From positions 29,757 to 93,756 of the forward strand of contig RQSC01000016.1 in the NCBI GenBank assembly GCA_013416795.1: a stretch of 64,000 bases of DNA, in the 5' to 3' direction. Position 1 is the stretch's first letter; the number at the start of each line of letters is the position of its first letter. A program made the translations under genes and the position numbers. This document shows positions 9,243 to 21,224 of the stretch, one piece after another. Below the pieces are notes generated by a model. The model did not search any database. It was not told where the DNA came from and worked only from the letters and a program-made list of their open reading frames with translations. This stretch comes from Prasinococcaceae sp. CCMP 1430 (Eukaryota; Plantae; Prasinodermophyta).

Positions 9243-10881
9243 GTGGCGTCCGCGCGCGCGCGAGCAGGCCCGGCGAGCGCCGCAGGCGCCGCAGGCGCCG
9301 CGGCGGAGGCGGAGGACGCCGATGAGGATCTCTTCGGGACGGATCTGCCAGACAGGTATGAGCAGCTGCAGGAGGGGCAGAGGAACCACACCATCAACAT
9401 CTTCGTCGCCGACGAGTCGGGCCTCATCAACCGTGTGTCGAGCGTGTTCGCAAGGTGAGCAGCCGCGTGCCTGGCCGCCTGCCACAACCGCGAGCGCGCA
9501 CACGCGGCTGCCTGCGCGCCCGCCGAGGGCGTGCAAGTGAATGCGCTCGTGCGAGCGAGCGAGCGATCCGCTGCGTGCGCTCGGCTCGCGTGCTGGTGCT
9601 GCTGCGTGTCAGCGCAATGCGGAGCGCAATGTGGTGCGCGTGAGCGGACGCTGACGGGGAGATGCCCGCGCTACCGCGCGCGGCCGCGCTCCGCCGCCAC
9701 CGCCGGCGCGTCCGCCGGCGCCTCGCAGGCGCGGGTACAACATCGAGTCTCTGGCGGTGGGCCTGAGCAACGACCGCGCGCTCTTCACGGTGGTGGTGAA
9801 TGGCTCGGATTCGATGATCACCGCGCTGTGCAAGCAGCTGCGCAAGCTCGTGAAGGTGCGCGTGGTGGAGAACCTGACGCCCATCGACAAGGTCGAGCGT
9901 GAGATGGTGCTCATCAAGGTGAGATCGTCGGATGTGACGCGCATCGAGGTCATGGAGATCGCCGAGGTCTTCCGTGGGCGCGTGATTGACATTGCGGAGA
10001 AGGCGATCACCGTCGAGGTCACCGGCGACCCGGGCAAGACGCAGGCGGCGCAACAGGCGCTCGCGCGCTTCGGAGTGCTAGAGATAGTGCGTACGGGCCG
10101 TGTCGCGCTGCGCCGTGACCTTCCTGGCTACGAAATGGTTGCGGCCTCCAAGATCGGCATCAACAAGGACAATCCGGTCGCCGAAGGAGAGGCGGTGTCG
10201 CTGAGCATGCTCGACGCCAAGGACGCCGCCAGCCGCCGGCATTCGGACGCTGGGCCCGATGACGACGCGGCGGCCGAAGGGACTGGCGGCGACGTGTACG
10301 CGTCGCCCCTCGACCCTCTGGCGCTTGACCTCGATGACAGTGCCGATGCGGTGCGCTCGCACATCCTGAGCGTGACCGTGGACAACTCAGCGGGCGTGCT
10401 CAATCGCGTCACTGCCGTGCTGTCGCGCAGGGGCTACAACATCCAGAGCCTCGCGGTGGGCCCGAGCGAGACGGTCGGCGAGTCGAGGATTACCACGGTG
10501 GTGCCGGGGTCGAACAGCGCCATTGCCAACCTCATCAAACAGATCGAAAAGCTCATCAACTGCAAGGACGTGCAGGACATCACGGACGTGCCATGCATGA
10601 AGCGCGAACTCATGCTCATCAAGGTGAACTGCACGGCGGCGAGCCGGCGCGAGGTCATGGACCTCGCCGAGATCTTCCGTGCGCGCGTGGTGGACACATC
10701 CACAGCGACCATCACGATGGAGCTCACGGGCAAGGTCGACAAGATGGCTGCCTTCCAGCGGCTGCTCAAACCGTACGGTGTGCTCGAGGTGGCGCGCACG
10801 GGCATCGTGGCGCTCACGCGCGAGTCCCAGGTCGACTCACGATTCTTGTCGGGCCTGAAGCACAAGGATCGCACCTACTAA
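9243..10881 (+). CDS. ilvH: Acetolactate synthase small (regulatory) subunit, tandem-ACT green-lineage type; intron 9455-9728; true start unresolved (possibly ATG 9071 with a frameshift in a CG run)
   Basis: Two ACT+ALS_ss_C units: [34 protein letters not shown] and HILSVTVDNSAGVLNRVTAVLSRRGYNIQSLAVG; EVARTG motif. Confidence 0.92.
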
Positions 10882-11169
10882 ATAAATAACGCAGCTTCGC
10901 AGACGGCCTTCTCCCCACGCGCGGACACCCGCCAGCTCTCTCTGCCTCGAACGACATGCCGAGCGAGCCCCCCTCCGCACCCACCCACCACCACCAAACA
11001 CACACAATACCTTCCACTGCCCCTCAGCGCTCGCCCTCATGCAATCACTCAACACGTGCGGCACGCGCGGCCGACGCGCACGATTGGTCGCAAGTACACA
11101 TTATCAGAGTTGCTGCGAGCGGCGCGGCGCGCAGCGGAGCCGCGCACTGTCGCCGCTTGCAGACATTAT

Positions 11170-11669
11170 TTACTGTGGAACGGTCGATGGACAGAGTGCA
11201 GCACGCGTGTCAGCTCAATGTTTGCGCGCACACCCCCGAGTCGCCGACGCGCTCACAGGCGAAAGCTCCTCGCGCACGCACACGGGGGCACTCGCGCAGT
11301 GTCGCACGCGAGACCTCCTTTCACACAATGCTGCGGGCGGCAGCGCTCTCGGGCCAGCCCTCGCCTAAAGGGCTGCGGGCAGTGAGGGTGCGGCCCCGCA
11401 CATGTGGCACCGTACATGGTGCACCGCGCAGCGCCTGCCGCGCACGCAGGCCCCGCGCCAACTCGCTCGCGCTCCTGCCGGGCGCGTCGCACGCGCCGCA
11501 CCTTGTACTTGACGAAGCCGATGTCCTTTGCGTACTCGCGGAAGCACTGCCGGCAGATGTTAAGGCCGTACTTGCGGATGATGCCGTGCGTGTTGTTGCA
11601 CACGCGGCACCTGTGCGACTTGGCGCCGTAGTTCTTGGGGTGGGAGTTCCAGACCGCGGTGTGACCCAT
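11170..11669 (-). CDS. RPS29: 40S ribosomal protein S29 (uS14), 56 aa; exons 11669-11502 and 11172-11170 (stop codon only)
   Basis: [15 protein letters not shown]…CRVC…[28 protein letters not shown]. Donor AAG|GTGCGG; acceptor TTCCACAG|TAA with a GCTGAC branch-like site upstream. Confidence 0.95.
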
Positions 11670-11902
11670 GGCTGCTGCGACTAAACGAGGCGGCGGAAAG
11701 GGGGTGGCACGAGAGCCGGCGGCGTGGGGAGCGTCGCAATGGCAGGCGGCGGCGGCGGCAGTGGCGGCAGCTGTCAGCGCATGGGCCGCGGGAGTGCGCC
11801 CAGCCGGCGGGCGAAAACACGCGCGAGGGCACGCGGGGCAGGGCCTGCTACGCTGCGCCGCGCGGCATCGAGCGCAGCGCGCCGCGTCTGCGGCGGGCCT
11901 AC

Positions 11903-12837
11903 NNNNNNNNNNNNNNNNNNNNNNNNNNNNNNNNNNNNNNNNNNNNNNNNNNNNNNNNNNNNNNNNNNNNNNNNNNNNNNNNNNNNNNNNNNNNNNNNNN
12001 NNNNNNNNNNNNNNNNNNNNNNNNNNNNNNNNNNNNNNNNNNNNNNNNNNNNNNNNNNNNNNNNNNNNNNNNNNNNNNNNNNNNNNNNNNNNNNNNNNNN
12101 NNNNNNNNNNNNNNNNNNNNNNNNNNNNNNNNNNNNNNNNNNNNNNNNNNNNNNNNNNNNNNNNNNNNNNNNNNNNNNNNNNNNNNNNNNNNNNNNNNNN
12201 NNNNNNNNNNNNNNNNNNNNNNNNNNNNNNNNNNNNNNNNNNNNNNNNNNNNNNNNNNNNNNNNNNNNNNNNNNNNNNNNNNNNNNNNNNNNNNNNNNNN
12301 NNNNNNNNNNNNNNNNNNNNNNNNNNNNNNNNNNNNNNNNNNNNNNNNNNNNNNNNNNNNNNNNNNNNNNNNNNNNNNNNNNNNNNNNNNNNNNNNNNNN
12401 NNNNNNNNNNNNNNNNNNNNNNNNNNNNNNNNNNNNNNNNNNNNNNNNNNNNNNNNNNNNNNNNNNNNNNNNNNNNNNNNNNNNNNNNNNNNNNNNNNNN
12501 NNNNNNNNNNNNNNNNNNNNNNNNNNNNNNNNNNNNNNNNNNNNNNNNNNNNNNNNNNNNNNNNNNNNNNNNNNNNNNNNNNNNNNNNNNNNNNNNNNNN
12601 NNNNNNNNNNNNNNNNNNNNNNNNNNNNNNNNNNNNNNNNNNNNNNNNNNNNNNNNNNNNNNNNNNNNNNNNNNNNNNNNNNNNNNNNNNNNNNNNNNNN
12701 NNNNNNNNNNNNNNNNNNNNNNNNNNNNNNNNNNNNNNNNNNNNNNNNNNNNNNNNNNNNNNNNNNNNNNNNNNNNNNNNNNNNNNNNNNNNNNNNNNNN
12801 NNNNNNNNNNNNNNNNNNNNNNNNNNNNNNNNNNNNN
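11903..12837. other. Assembly gap (935 N)
   Basis: Run of N. Confidence 1.
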
Positions 12838-13264
12838 AGCGCGCGCCTCCGGGGGGCGGGGCGCGGGCAGCGCGACCCCCACGCCCCGCGCGACCCCCAC
12901 GCCGCGATCGCCCCCGCCAACCCACCCAACCACCCGCATGAGCGGACACATCCCCCTCCTGCGCCCGCTCGCTCGCCTGCCCGCGCCATGAGACACCCGT
13001 ACGCCGCGCCCCGCCCCTTGCGCCCGTGCTAGCAGCGCCAGTCCTCGCGACGGAGCTTCGGGATGCGGTTTGAAATGCGCGTCGGCGATCGGCCGCATGT
13101 GCACGCACATCTCGCGGCGCTGACCCCTCCCGTCCTCCGCGCGCCCCTCTGCACTACCGTACTCGCGCTGCCCCCATGGCCTCCCCCTCGCCCCCTTCGC
13201 CCCCTCGCGCCCCTCCGTACCGCCTTCCCGTCTTCCCATGCGTGGACTCACGCTACGCGCGCAG

Positions 13265-13762
13265 ATGGCCGTCATCGTGATCGAGTCCCCCGAGCAGTAC
13301 GACAAGGTGTGCGCCGATGCCAAGGCCGAGGGCAAGAAGGTGATCGTCGACTTCACGGCGACGTGGTGCGGCCCGTGCAAGATGATCAAGCGTGCGTGAG
13401 CGCGCGCGGCGCTCGAGCGCTCGCTTGGGGCCGAGCCTCGCCCGCGCGCCTCGCGGCGCCACCGCCGCGCGGCGTGCGCTGACCTGCCTGCCATGCGCCG
13501 CCCTGCTCGCCACGGCTGCGCGTGCGCCCGTGCCCGCGCCCACCGCCCGCGCCGCCCCGCAGCCTTCTTCCACGAGCTCGCTGAGGCCACCCCCTCGGTG
13601 GTGTTCGTGCAGGTGGACGTCGACGACATGAGCATGATCGCGGAGAAGGCCCGGGTCTCGGCGATGCCCACCTTCCACGTGTATGATGGCACCGAGAAGG
13701 TCGACGAGCTGGTCGGCGCGTCCAAGGACAAGCTCGCGGCGCTCGCGGCGAAGCACAAGTGA
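13265..13762 (+). CDS. TRXH: Thioredoxin h-type; exons 13265-13391 and 13563-13762
   Basis: [20 protein letters not shown]…VDVD…AMPTF; phase-1 intron GTGCGT…CGCAG. Confidence 0.93.
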
Positions 13763-14063
13763 GCCGGTGCATCTCGAACGGTGGCCACCGTGCCCAACTC
13801 GCGCGAGCTCTCGCAAGTGGGCGTCAGCCGCATGCGCGCGCACCCCACCCGTGAGTAAGCCAGCGCAATATGACTACTAGCGACACCCGCGAACGACACA
13901 CGCTCACGTGCCGCCGCGTGGACCGCCGCGGGCGCGCGGAAGGGCCCGGCGCGCGCTGACCAGCCGTTGGCATGAGACGCGTGCGGAGGCTGGAAGTCTT
14001 AGTACATGTTACAGGAACCCGTCGCCACCTGCGCAGCGCGCCGCAACTCGGCAGCGGGCGACC

Positions 14064-14696
14064 TCACAGTGCCGTGCCGACTCCCTCGTACTCGCTGCTG
14101 AATTCCGCAATGAATCGGTCGAGGTCGGGTTGCACGGACGCGAGGACCTCGGGGTCCATGCGGTCAATGAAAAGCTTCTGGTCCAGGTGATCGTACTCGT
14201 GCTGGAAGACGCGCGCCTGGAAGCCGTCAAGCTTGAGGGTCACCTTCTTGCCGCGCGTGTCTCGCGCCTTGACGACGCACGCGACTGGCCGCTCGACGTC
14301 GCCAAACATCTTCGGGAAGCTCAGGCAGCCCTCTTCGAAGGGCTCGAACTCGTCGGACGTCTCGGTAATCGTCGGGTTGACGAGCGTGTACTCCTTGCCG
14401 CGGCCGGGCTCGCCCTCAGGGTTGTACACCATGAGGCGGACGTTGACACCCACCTGCGGCGCGGCAAGCCCAACGCCGTCCGTCTTGTACATGATGTCGA
14501 ACATCGCGCGGCTGAGCTTGTGCAGCCGAGCGTCGAACGCAGTGACCTCGGCGTTGGGCGCGCGCAGCTTCTCGTGCGGATACTTGAGGATGGAGAGCGG
14601 CAGCTCGAACTGGACTGAGTCTGCCCCCTTGCCCTCGCTCTTGATGGACGCCATGTCGTCGAGGAACGACGAGCGCTTGCCGCGGCGCGCGGCCAT
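14064..14696 (-). CDS. PDF1B: Peptide deformylase (organellar, PDF1B-like); N-terminus runs into single-N join at 14731
   Basis: Three PDF motifs: GVGLAAPQVG, EGCLS, HEYDH. Confidence 0.92.
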   Translation of the reverse strand: MAARRGKRSSFLDDMASIKSEGKGADSVQFELPLSILKYPHEKLRAPNAEVTAFDARLHKLSRAMFDIMYKTDGVGLAAPQVGVNVRLMVYNPEGEPGRGKEYTLVNPTITETSDEFEPFEEGCLSFPKMFGDVERPVACVVKARDTRGKKVTLKLDGFQARVFQHEYDHLDQKLFIDRMDPEVLASVQPDLDRFIAEFSSEYEGVGTAL

Positions 14697-14823
14697 GCAG
14701 CGCGCGGCCGCGCGCCGCGCGGCGCGCGGCNCGCGCGACGTGGGCTTCCGGCGGCGCTACGGTGCGGCCATCCTCGCGCTCGTGCGGCGGGGCGAGCGCG
14801 GCCTCGTCTGTTGTGGCGCAGGG

Positions 14824-17800
14824 ATGGACTTCGAGGCGGGCTTGCTCGACCACGCGGAGGCGCGTGGGCCGTTCACGCGCTGGCCGCGCCGCACAGTCCG
14901 GCTGAGCGCCGACGCGACAGCGCTCGAGTGGGCAGATGAGAAGGTGCGCGCGCCTGCCGAACCGCGCAGCGACGCGACGCGACGCCATCGGCCATGGCTG
15001 TGGTGGGCGCTTGCCCGGCACGCGATCCCCAGGCCCCACACACCGCGCCCCGCCCCACCCCACCCATCCACCCCTTCCACCGCCCGGAGCGCTGACCCGA
15101 TGGGCCTCACCGTGCTCGTCTGGCGCGATTCAACGCAGGCGCTCGGTGATGAGTTCATGCCCGCGCTCGGCTCAATGCCGCTCGCCGGTTGCAGGCTTGG
15201 CAAGGCGCCACCACCGGTAGCGACCGAGGCGGAGGTCGAGGCGGCATCCCCCGGCGCAGGATTCATGGCGCGAGCCAAGGTGCGCGCGTGCGCTCGTGCG
15301 CCCTGTGTGGCCGCTCAAGGCACCACCCATCCCGGCAAAACGCGCATCCGACTGCGAATGCGAGCGCCCAATCTCTGCTAACGAGAGCGCGTCTACGCCT
15401 GTGAGCCCCTCGCAGGCCGCCGCCGCGAAGGCCGCGCGTGCTGGCGAAAAGCAGCACCTGTTTGCCATCGAGGCGCCCGCAGACGCGGCAGCGGCGGCAC
15501 CCGCCGACGGGGCGACGCCCGGGACGCCCGCGAGGCAAGCAGACCCGCGGAGAGAGCAATTTGCTTGTGAGAGCGACGAGGCTGTCAACGCGTGGATCCG
15601 CAAGCTGCAGGCGGCCATCGAGATGGCCAATGTGCTCGCCGAGTCCGCTGCGGAGGCTGCCGCCGCGCAGGGGGGGGTAATGGCAGCGGCAGATGCCGCG
15701 CCGACTGAGGTTGCGTCGCCTCTTGGCACGCCAGCACCTGTGGGCGTAACGTTTGCGCCCACGGAGACTCCAGCGCCGACCGCAGGGGCGATGGTGAGAG
15801 CGCGCGTGCGCATGCGAGCGTCCAGGTATGCGCGCACCCCTCCATCGTCCTGTCCTATTCGCTGGCACTGCGCTGCGCATTGCTCTCGCATATGCACTGA
15901 CGCAGCCCACGGATGCAGCCTGCCTCGGTGGTCAAAACGCCAGCCACGCTGCGCCGGCTCTTGTCAACCGACGTCCTGGACGCACTGCAGCGGCAGCTCA
16001 GCGAGGCCGCCATGGTATCGCTCGCCAACGAGCTAGATGCGGCAGTGACGCCCGCGCAGCGCGAGCGCCCAGCTGGCGATGCCGACACCGACGCCGTTGA
16101 AAATCCCTTCACTGGCTCGACCGCCACAATGGTCGAGGCCAACGCGTCCGAAGCGATGCAGTCGTTGCGTGGGCAGCTCGCCGACGCGTCTGCGGCTTTG
16201 CATGAGGCTGAGGCAGTGGCCGCCACCAAGGATGCCGAGATGGCTTCAGTCAAGGAGGCCGCGCGACTGCTCGAAGAGCAACTTGCGCGCGCCACTGCCT
16301 CCGACACTGTGACAACAGGAAGCCCTGGGGAAGGCTTTGTTGCTGCAGAGGAGGTCGCCAGCTTGCGTGCGGCTCTTGAGGCCAGCCAAACTGACTTATC
16401 TACCGCAGAGAGCAGTCGCGCCGCTCTGCAAAAGCGCTTAGAGGCGGCCGAAACAGAGAAGGCAGCAGCTGAAGATGGCAGATGCACGTTCGAAGAGAGG
16501 GCCTCTGCAGCCGAAGCTGCGAGGGCAGCCCTCGAGGAGCGATTGACTGACGCAGAGGCGAGGCTGTCGGCTGCGGCAACATCGCAGGCAGCTGCTGACG
16601 AGAGCGCCGCAGAGGTGTCCGGCCTCAAGGCGGAGCTTGTGGCAGTCAAGGCCGAGGCACAGACCGAGCGCGCTGAGCTCCAGCGACAAGTTGATGACGC
16701 CATCGCCGCAGCGGGCGCTGCTCAGGAGGCTGCTGACGCGGCGGGCGCCGCGACGGAGACCTCTAAGGCCGACCTGGAGGGTTGCAAGGCTGAGCTCGAG
16801 GCTTGCAAAGGCGATCTGAAGGCCTCCAGCGCGAGGGCTGCTGAGGCTCAGGCTCAGGCTGAGACTGCGGCTGCGGAGGCTGTCGCTCTGCGTGAGCAGC
16901 TGGCAGCGGCAGCAGCGGGCTCTGAGCAGCAGAATGCCGCCGCGGCGGCGAAGGACGCCCAAGTTACCGCACTCGGCGAGCAGCTAGAGATGAGCAAAGC
17001 TGAGCTTGCTGCAGTCAGCACAGAGCTTACCTCTTGCAAGAGCGAGATGGATGCAAGGATAGCGGAAGCTCGTACTGAAGTCAATGCGGCGGTCGCCGAT
17101 GCAGGATCACTGCGTGAGCAACTTGATGCCGCAACGATTGGCTCTGACCAAAGCTCGGCGATGCTGGCAGCGCGCGACGCTGAGGTGTCAAAACTTCACG
17201 ACCAGCTCATGTCTTCCAAGACCGAGCTCGAATCTTCGAAGGGCGAGATTGAGGCTGCGAAGAGTGAGTTGAACTCGTCAAAGTCGGCGCTCGAGGCCTC
17301 AAAGACTGAGCTCGACGCTGCGAACGCCAAGCTTGCTGAGGCGCTGGCGCAGGCCGAGTCGGCCGCCACGGAGGCCAGTGCTCTGCGCGAGCAGCTGACG
17401 GCAGCAGCTACGGGCTCTGAGGAGCAGGTTGCTCGGGCGGGTTCTCTGGCTACCCAGCTGGCCGAGGCCACCACCAAGGCGGCCGAGGCCGAAGGCGCGT
17501 GTGCGTCGCTCGAGGAGAAGCTTGCGGCGTCCGAGGCGAGCAAGGCGGCCGTCGAAGCCGCCAAGGCCGATCTCGAGCAGAGGCTGGCTGCGGTCGAGGC
17601 CGACAGGTCGGTGGCCGTCACTGAGGCCAATGAGGCGTCCGGTGCATTGCGCGAGTAGCTCAGTGAGGCTCGCGCGGCGCTGGCGGCTGTGTCGGCTGCA
17701 TCTAGCAAGCGCGAGGCAGACCTTGCTGACGCCGAAGCACGCATCTCCGATGCCAACAAGCGCCTTGCAGAAGCGACTGGAGGTCAGGTCGATCGCGAGG

Positions 17801-18828
17801 CGGGCCTCGCCGCAGTCGAAGAGGAGCTAACGATGTTGAAGGCGCAATTGGCGAGCACCGTGGCCGAAAAACAGGCGGAAATTGATGCCGCTGTTGCTGC
17901 TAAGGAGGCCGCGTTGGCTGAAAAGGCGGCCGCCGTGTCGGAACTTGAGGAAGCCGAGACTGCGATGGGGGAGGCGACCGACCAACTGGTTGCCTCGGCC
18001 AAGGCGGCCGCCGCCGAAGCGGTGGCGGCCGCTGGTGACGAGATCGCACGACTCAGCGCCGATCGCGACGACCTAGCGCGCGAGCTTCAGGATGCACGTG
18101 CTCAGGCAGTGGAGGCGCGCAAGAACGCTGAGGATGCGCAGGCAGGGGCATCGGCAACAGCAGTACTTGAAGAGCAGCTTGGACAGGCACGTGGGGCGCT
18201 CCAGTCCGAGCAGACGCGCGCGCGTGCTGCGCTCGACGATGCACAGCAGAAGCTCTCAGATGCACAGGCCGCACTCGTGCAAGAGCGCTCGCGAACGGCG
18301 CTCGTCGAGCAGCAGGCCGCCGACGCGGCCGAGCAAGCGTTACAGACCAAGACGCTCGCGCGCTCAAAGCTGGGCGAGCTGCAGGCGGAACTCGCGCAGG
18401 CGACTGCCGCAGCGGACGAAGCACGCGCGGAGGTCAGCGCTCTTCGCCGCTCAGAGGCGCAATCTGCCGTTGCCGCCGCCGCGGCTGCTGAGGAGGCTGG
18501 TACACATCGCGAAAGTGCCGCCGCCGCCGAGGAGGCGCGTGAGCACGCTCGTTCGTCCGAGCGCGCGCTGGCCACCGAGCGCGCGCGCGTGGACGCGCTG
18601 CGCGCTGACCTCGAGCGCAACGACCGCGAGCTCGAGTTGCTTCGCGCCGAGCTCGCTGAGGTCGACTCTGTGCCTTGCCTACCTCTCCTGCGCAGGTTCG
18701 CGCCCATGCGCGGGCGCGGGGCATTCTCGCGCCCCGGTGGCGCGGCCTTTGGCGCCGCGGAGACGCTTGCTGACGGGGATGGCGAGATGATGATGATGCC
18801 GCTCCGTGGCGGCAGCGTTGAACTGTGA
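14824..18828 (+). CDS. PH-domain protein with a long Ala/Glu coiled coil; exons 14824-14943, 15139-15279, 15416-15793, 15919-18828, with one in-frame TAG at 17656-17658
   Basis: All introns are phase 0 GT-AG. Split PH pattern: RWPRRTVRL…LEW / GSMPLAGC / LFAIE…FACESDEAVNAWIRKLQAAI. ORFs 15913-17658 and 17689-18828 share a frame. Confidence 0.7.
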
Positions 18829-19201
18829 GCGCACTAATGCCAGTAAATCTCACGCGCGTGTATTTCACCAGCGGCAACGCAGGCACGTAGAGCGTGAGCG
18901 CATCTACGCCCAGGCGCGCCGCGACGATTCCCGCGGCAGCTGCCGCGGCACAGAGCGCGCGGTCCTCACAGCAGCTCAGGCGCGCTGACGCCCCCGTGTT
19001 GCGCACCGTTGCTGCCGTTATTGCGGTTGTCTGTGCGCGCACGTGCGCACGCAGGCTCTGCGCAGGATGCGCACTGCGGCACCAGCACCAGGCGCGCGGG
19101 AACCGGCGCCAGGCCGTACCACACTGCGCGCTGCGTGAACGCATCTAGCAGGCAGCGCAAAGCGCCTCGAAGCGCGCGCGCGCGCACGCGCGTGCGCGTG
19201 C

Positions 19202-20495
19202 ATGGCGACCCTATTGCATCGTGCCCGCGTGCGATCGTACGCGGCGCTCCTTACAGCAGCGGCGGTGCTCGTTGCTGCCGCACACGCTCCCACCAGCGGC
19301 GCCGCCGCCTCTGCCATGAGTGCGCCGCCGTCGCTGCCGCTGCGGCCAGTGGCCGTGGGCTACCTGCCCGAGTGGAGGCTCCCAGGCGCCGACTACGTGC
19401 AGTACGCACGCCACTTGACGCACCTGATCTTCTTCAGCGTTGAGCCAACGCCAGCGGGCGGGCTTACTGCCGTCGACCGGCTGCCGTCTAAGACAGATAT
19501 AGCCGAGGCGCGCGCGGCCGCCAAGCGGGAGGGCGCCAACCTCAAGCTCCTCGTGTGCCTCGGTGGCAATGGGCGCTCTGCAGGCTTCAGCGGCGCGACA
19601 GCTCGCAAGAGGACGCGTCGCAAGCTCGTCTCCAACGTCGCCAAGCTGGTGTCGGACCTCGCGCTCGATGGGGTCGACTACAACTGGGAGTATCCAGGCT
19701 TCGCTTTTGGCGCAGGCTATGCAGACGACGACACCGTCGATCGCGAGTTCGACGCACTCGCGGCGCTCGTGGCTGACACGCGCGTGGTGCTCGGCGAGGG
19801 TGCGGTCATCACGGCCGCGTACTACCCTGACGGGCGACAAGAGCGCCTCCTAGCCGAGCGAGGCGTGCACCAGCATGCTAACCTCCTGCACGCGATGAGC
19901 TACGACGCCGCGCGCGGGCCGCACTCCTCCATGCAGCTGCTCGAGAGCACGCTCGCCAACGCGCGCAGGGCGGGCCTTCCATTGGCTGCGGTCACGGTCG
20001 GGTTGCCATTCTATGGACGAGGGATGAGCACGGGCGGTTGGACCAGCTACGAGGACATTGTGCAGCGATACGATCCGCTGGAGCCCTCAGTTGACGACGT
20101 GCGCGACGAGACCAGCGGCGAGCAGCTCTCATTCAACGGCGTGGGTACCATCGAGAAGAAGGTACGAAGCGCTCACGCGGGGGCCTTTGCGCTCTTTGGT
20201 GTTATCGGCGTGCAATGCATCCGAGCATACAGCTGACAAGCGTGTACATTCGCCGTGGGTGCATTGGGCGCGACGTGGACAGGCTCAGAGAGTGTTGCGC
20301 GGCGGCGCGGCGGGCGTTATGATATGGGAAGCGGGGCAGGACTGCCGCGTCCGCGAAGTCGTACGCGGAGGACAGGTGCACGCGATGACGTGTCCGCGAG
20401 GCGAAGTGAGTTCGTTGCTAGCTGCGGTGGCGCGCGGTCTTGAGCGCGCCGCGGCGGACGGGAAAGCAGGCGCCTCTTCCCGCGACGAGCTATGA
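19202..20495 (+). CDS. Glycoside hydrolase family 18 (chitinase-like) with signal peptide and C-terminal RDEL; intron 20162-20282
   Basis: Hydrophobic N-terminus; THLIFFS, LLVCLGG, DGVDYNWEYPG, AMSYD, VGLPFYGR, GVMIWEAGQD; ends …SSRDEL*. Confidence 0.88.
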
Positions 20496-20878
20496 TGCGT
20501 TCGGGACTTGCCAACCAAACACGTGCTGTACTTTCTCCGGCCATGACAGCACAGGCGCAGCTGCACCCGCGAGCGCCGCTGCCATGCTGGCGGCGAGCGG
20601 CGCGCTCCGTAGCGGCGCCTCGGTCGGAAGTCGGAACACACACACACCACGACGTCAGGCAACCTGCATGCAGTTTCCGTGCACGCAGCAGGAGCAGGGC
20701 CCGATTGCGAAGCGCACCGCCTTTCCTTACCGGGGCCGGGCGGAACGAACACCGCGCTGCGGAGCGCTGGCTGACCGCCGCCCCCGGCCAGCGCGGCCGG
20801 ACCGACCGAGCCCACGCCCTCCCGCATCGCACACGCCCCGCGTCCGATCCGTCCGGCCGGGGGTGCGCTGCGGGCGCG

Positions 20879-21103
20879 NNNNNNNNNNNNNNNNNNNNNN
20901 NNNNNNNNNNNNNNNNNNNNNNNNNNNNNNNNNNNNNNNNNNNNNNNNNNNNNNNNNNNNNNNNNNNNNNNNNNNNNNNNNNNNNNNNNNNNNNNNNNNN
21001 NNNNNNNNNNNNNNNNNNNNNNNNNNNNNNNNNNNNNNNNNNNNNNNNNNNNNNNNNNNNNNNNNNNNNNNNNNNNNNNNNNNNNNNNNNNNNNNNNNNN
21101 NNN
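20879..21103. other. Assembly gap (225 N)
   Basis: Run of N. Confidence 1.
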
Positions 21104-21224
21104 CGGCCCGGTCGACGCGGGGTGCACGGGTGCGCGCGGGAGCACCCGCGCGCGGGAGCACCCGCGCGCGGGAGTGCGGGGCGCTGCCAAGGCCTCTCGC
21201 GCGCCCGGCCGCATGCGCGCTGCC

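Noticed and set aside
11253-13899. Long ORFs spanning the N-gap (11253-12989, 11668-13032, 11899-13899 etc.)
   Set aside because: Their length is an artefact of X codons; the real genes are RPS29 and thioredoxin.
17656-17658. Genetic-code reassignment (TAG = Gln, as in some ulvophytes)
   Set aside because: Several intact genes here end at TAG (Abitram 1110, carrier 4633, G-patch 27459, ArfGAP 43847), so TAG is a normal stop.
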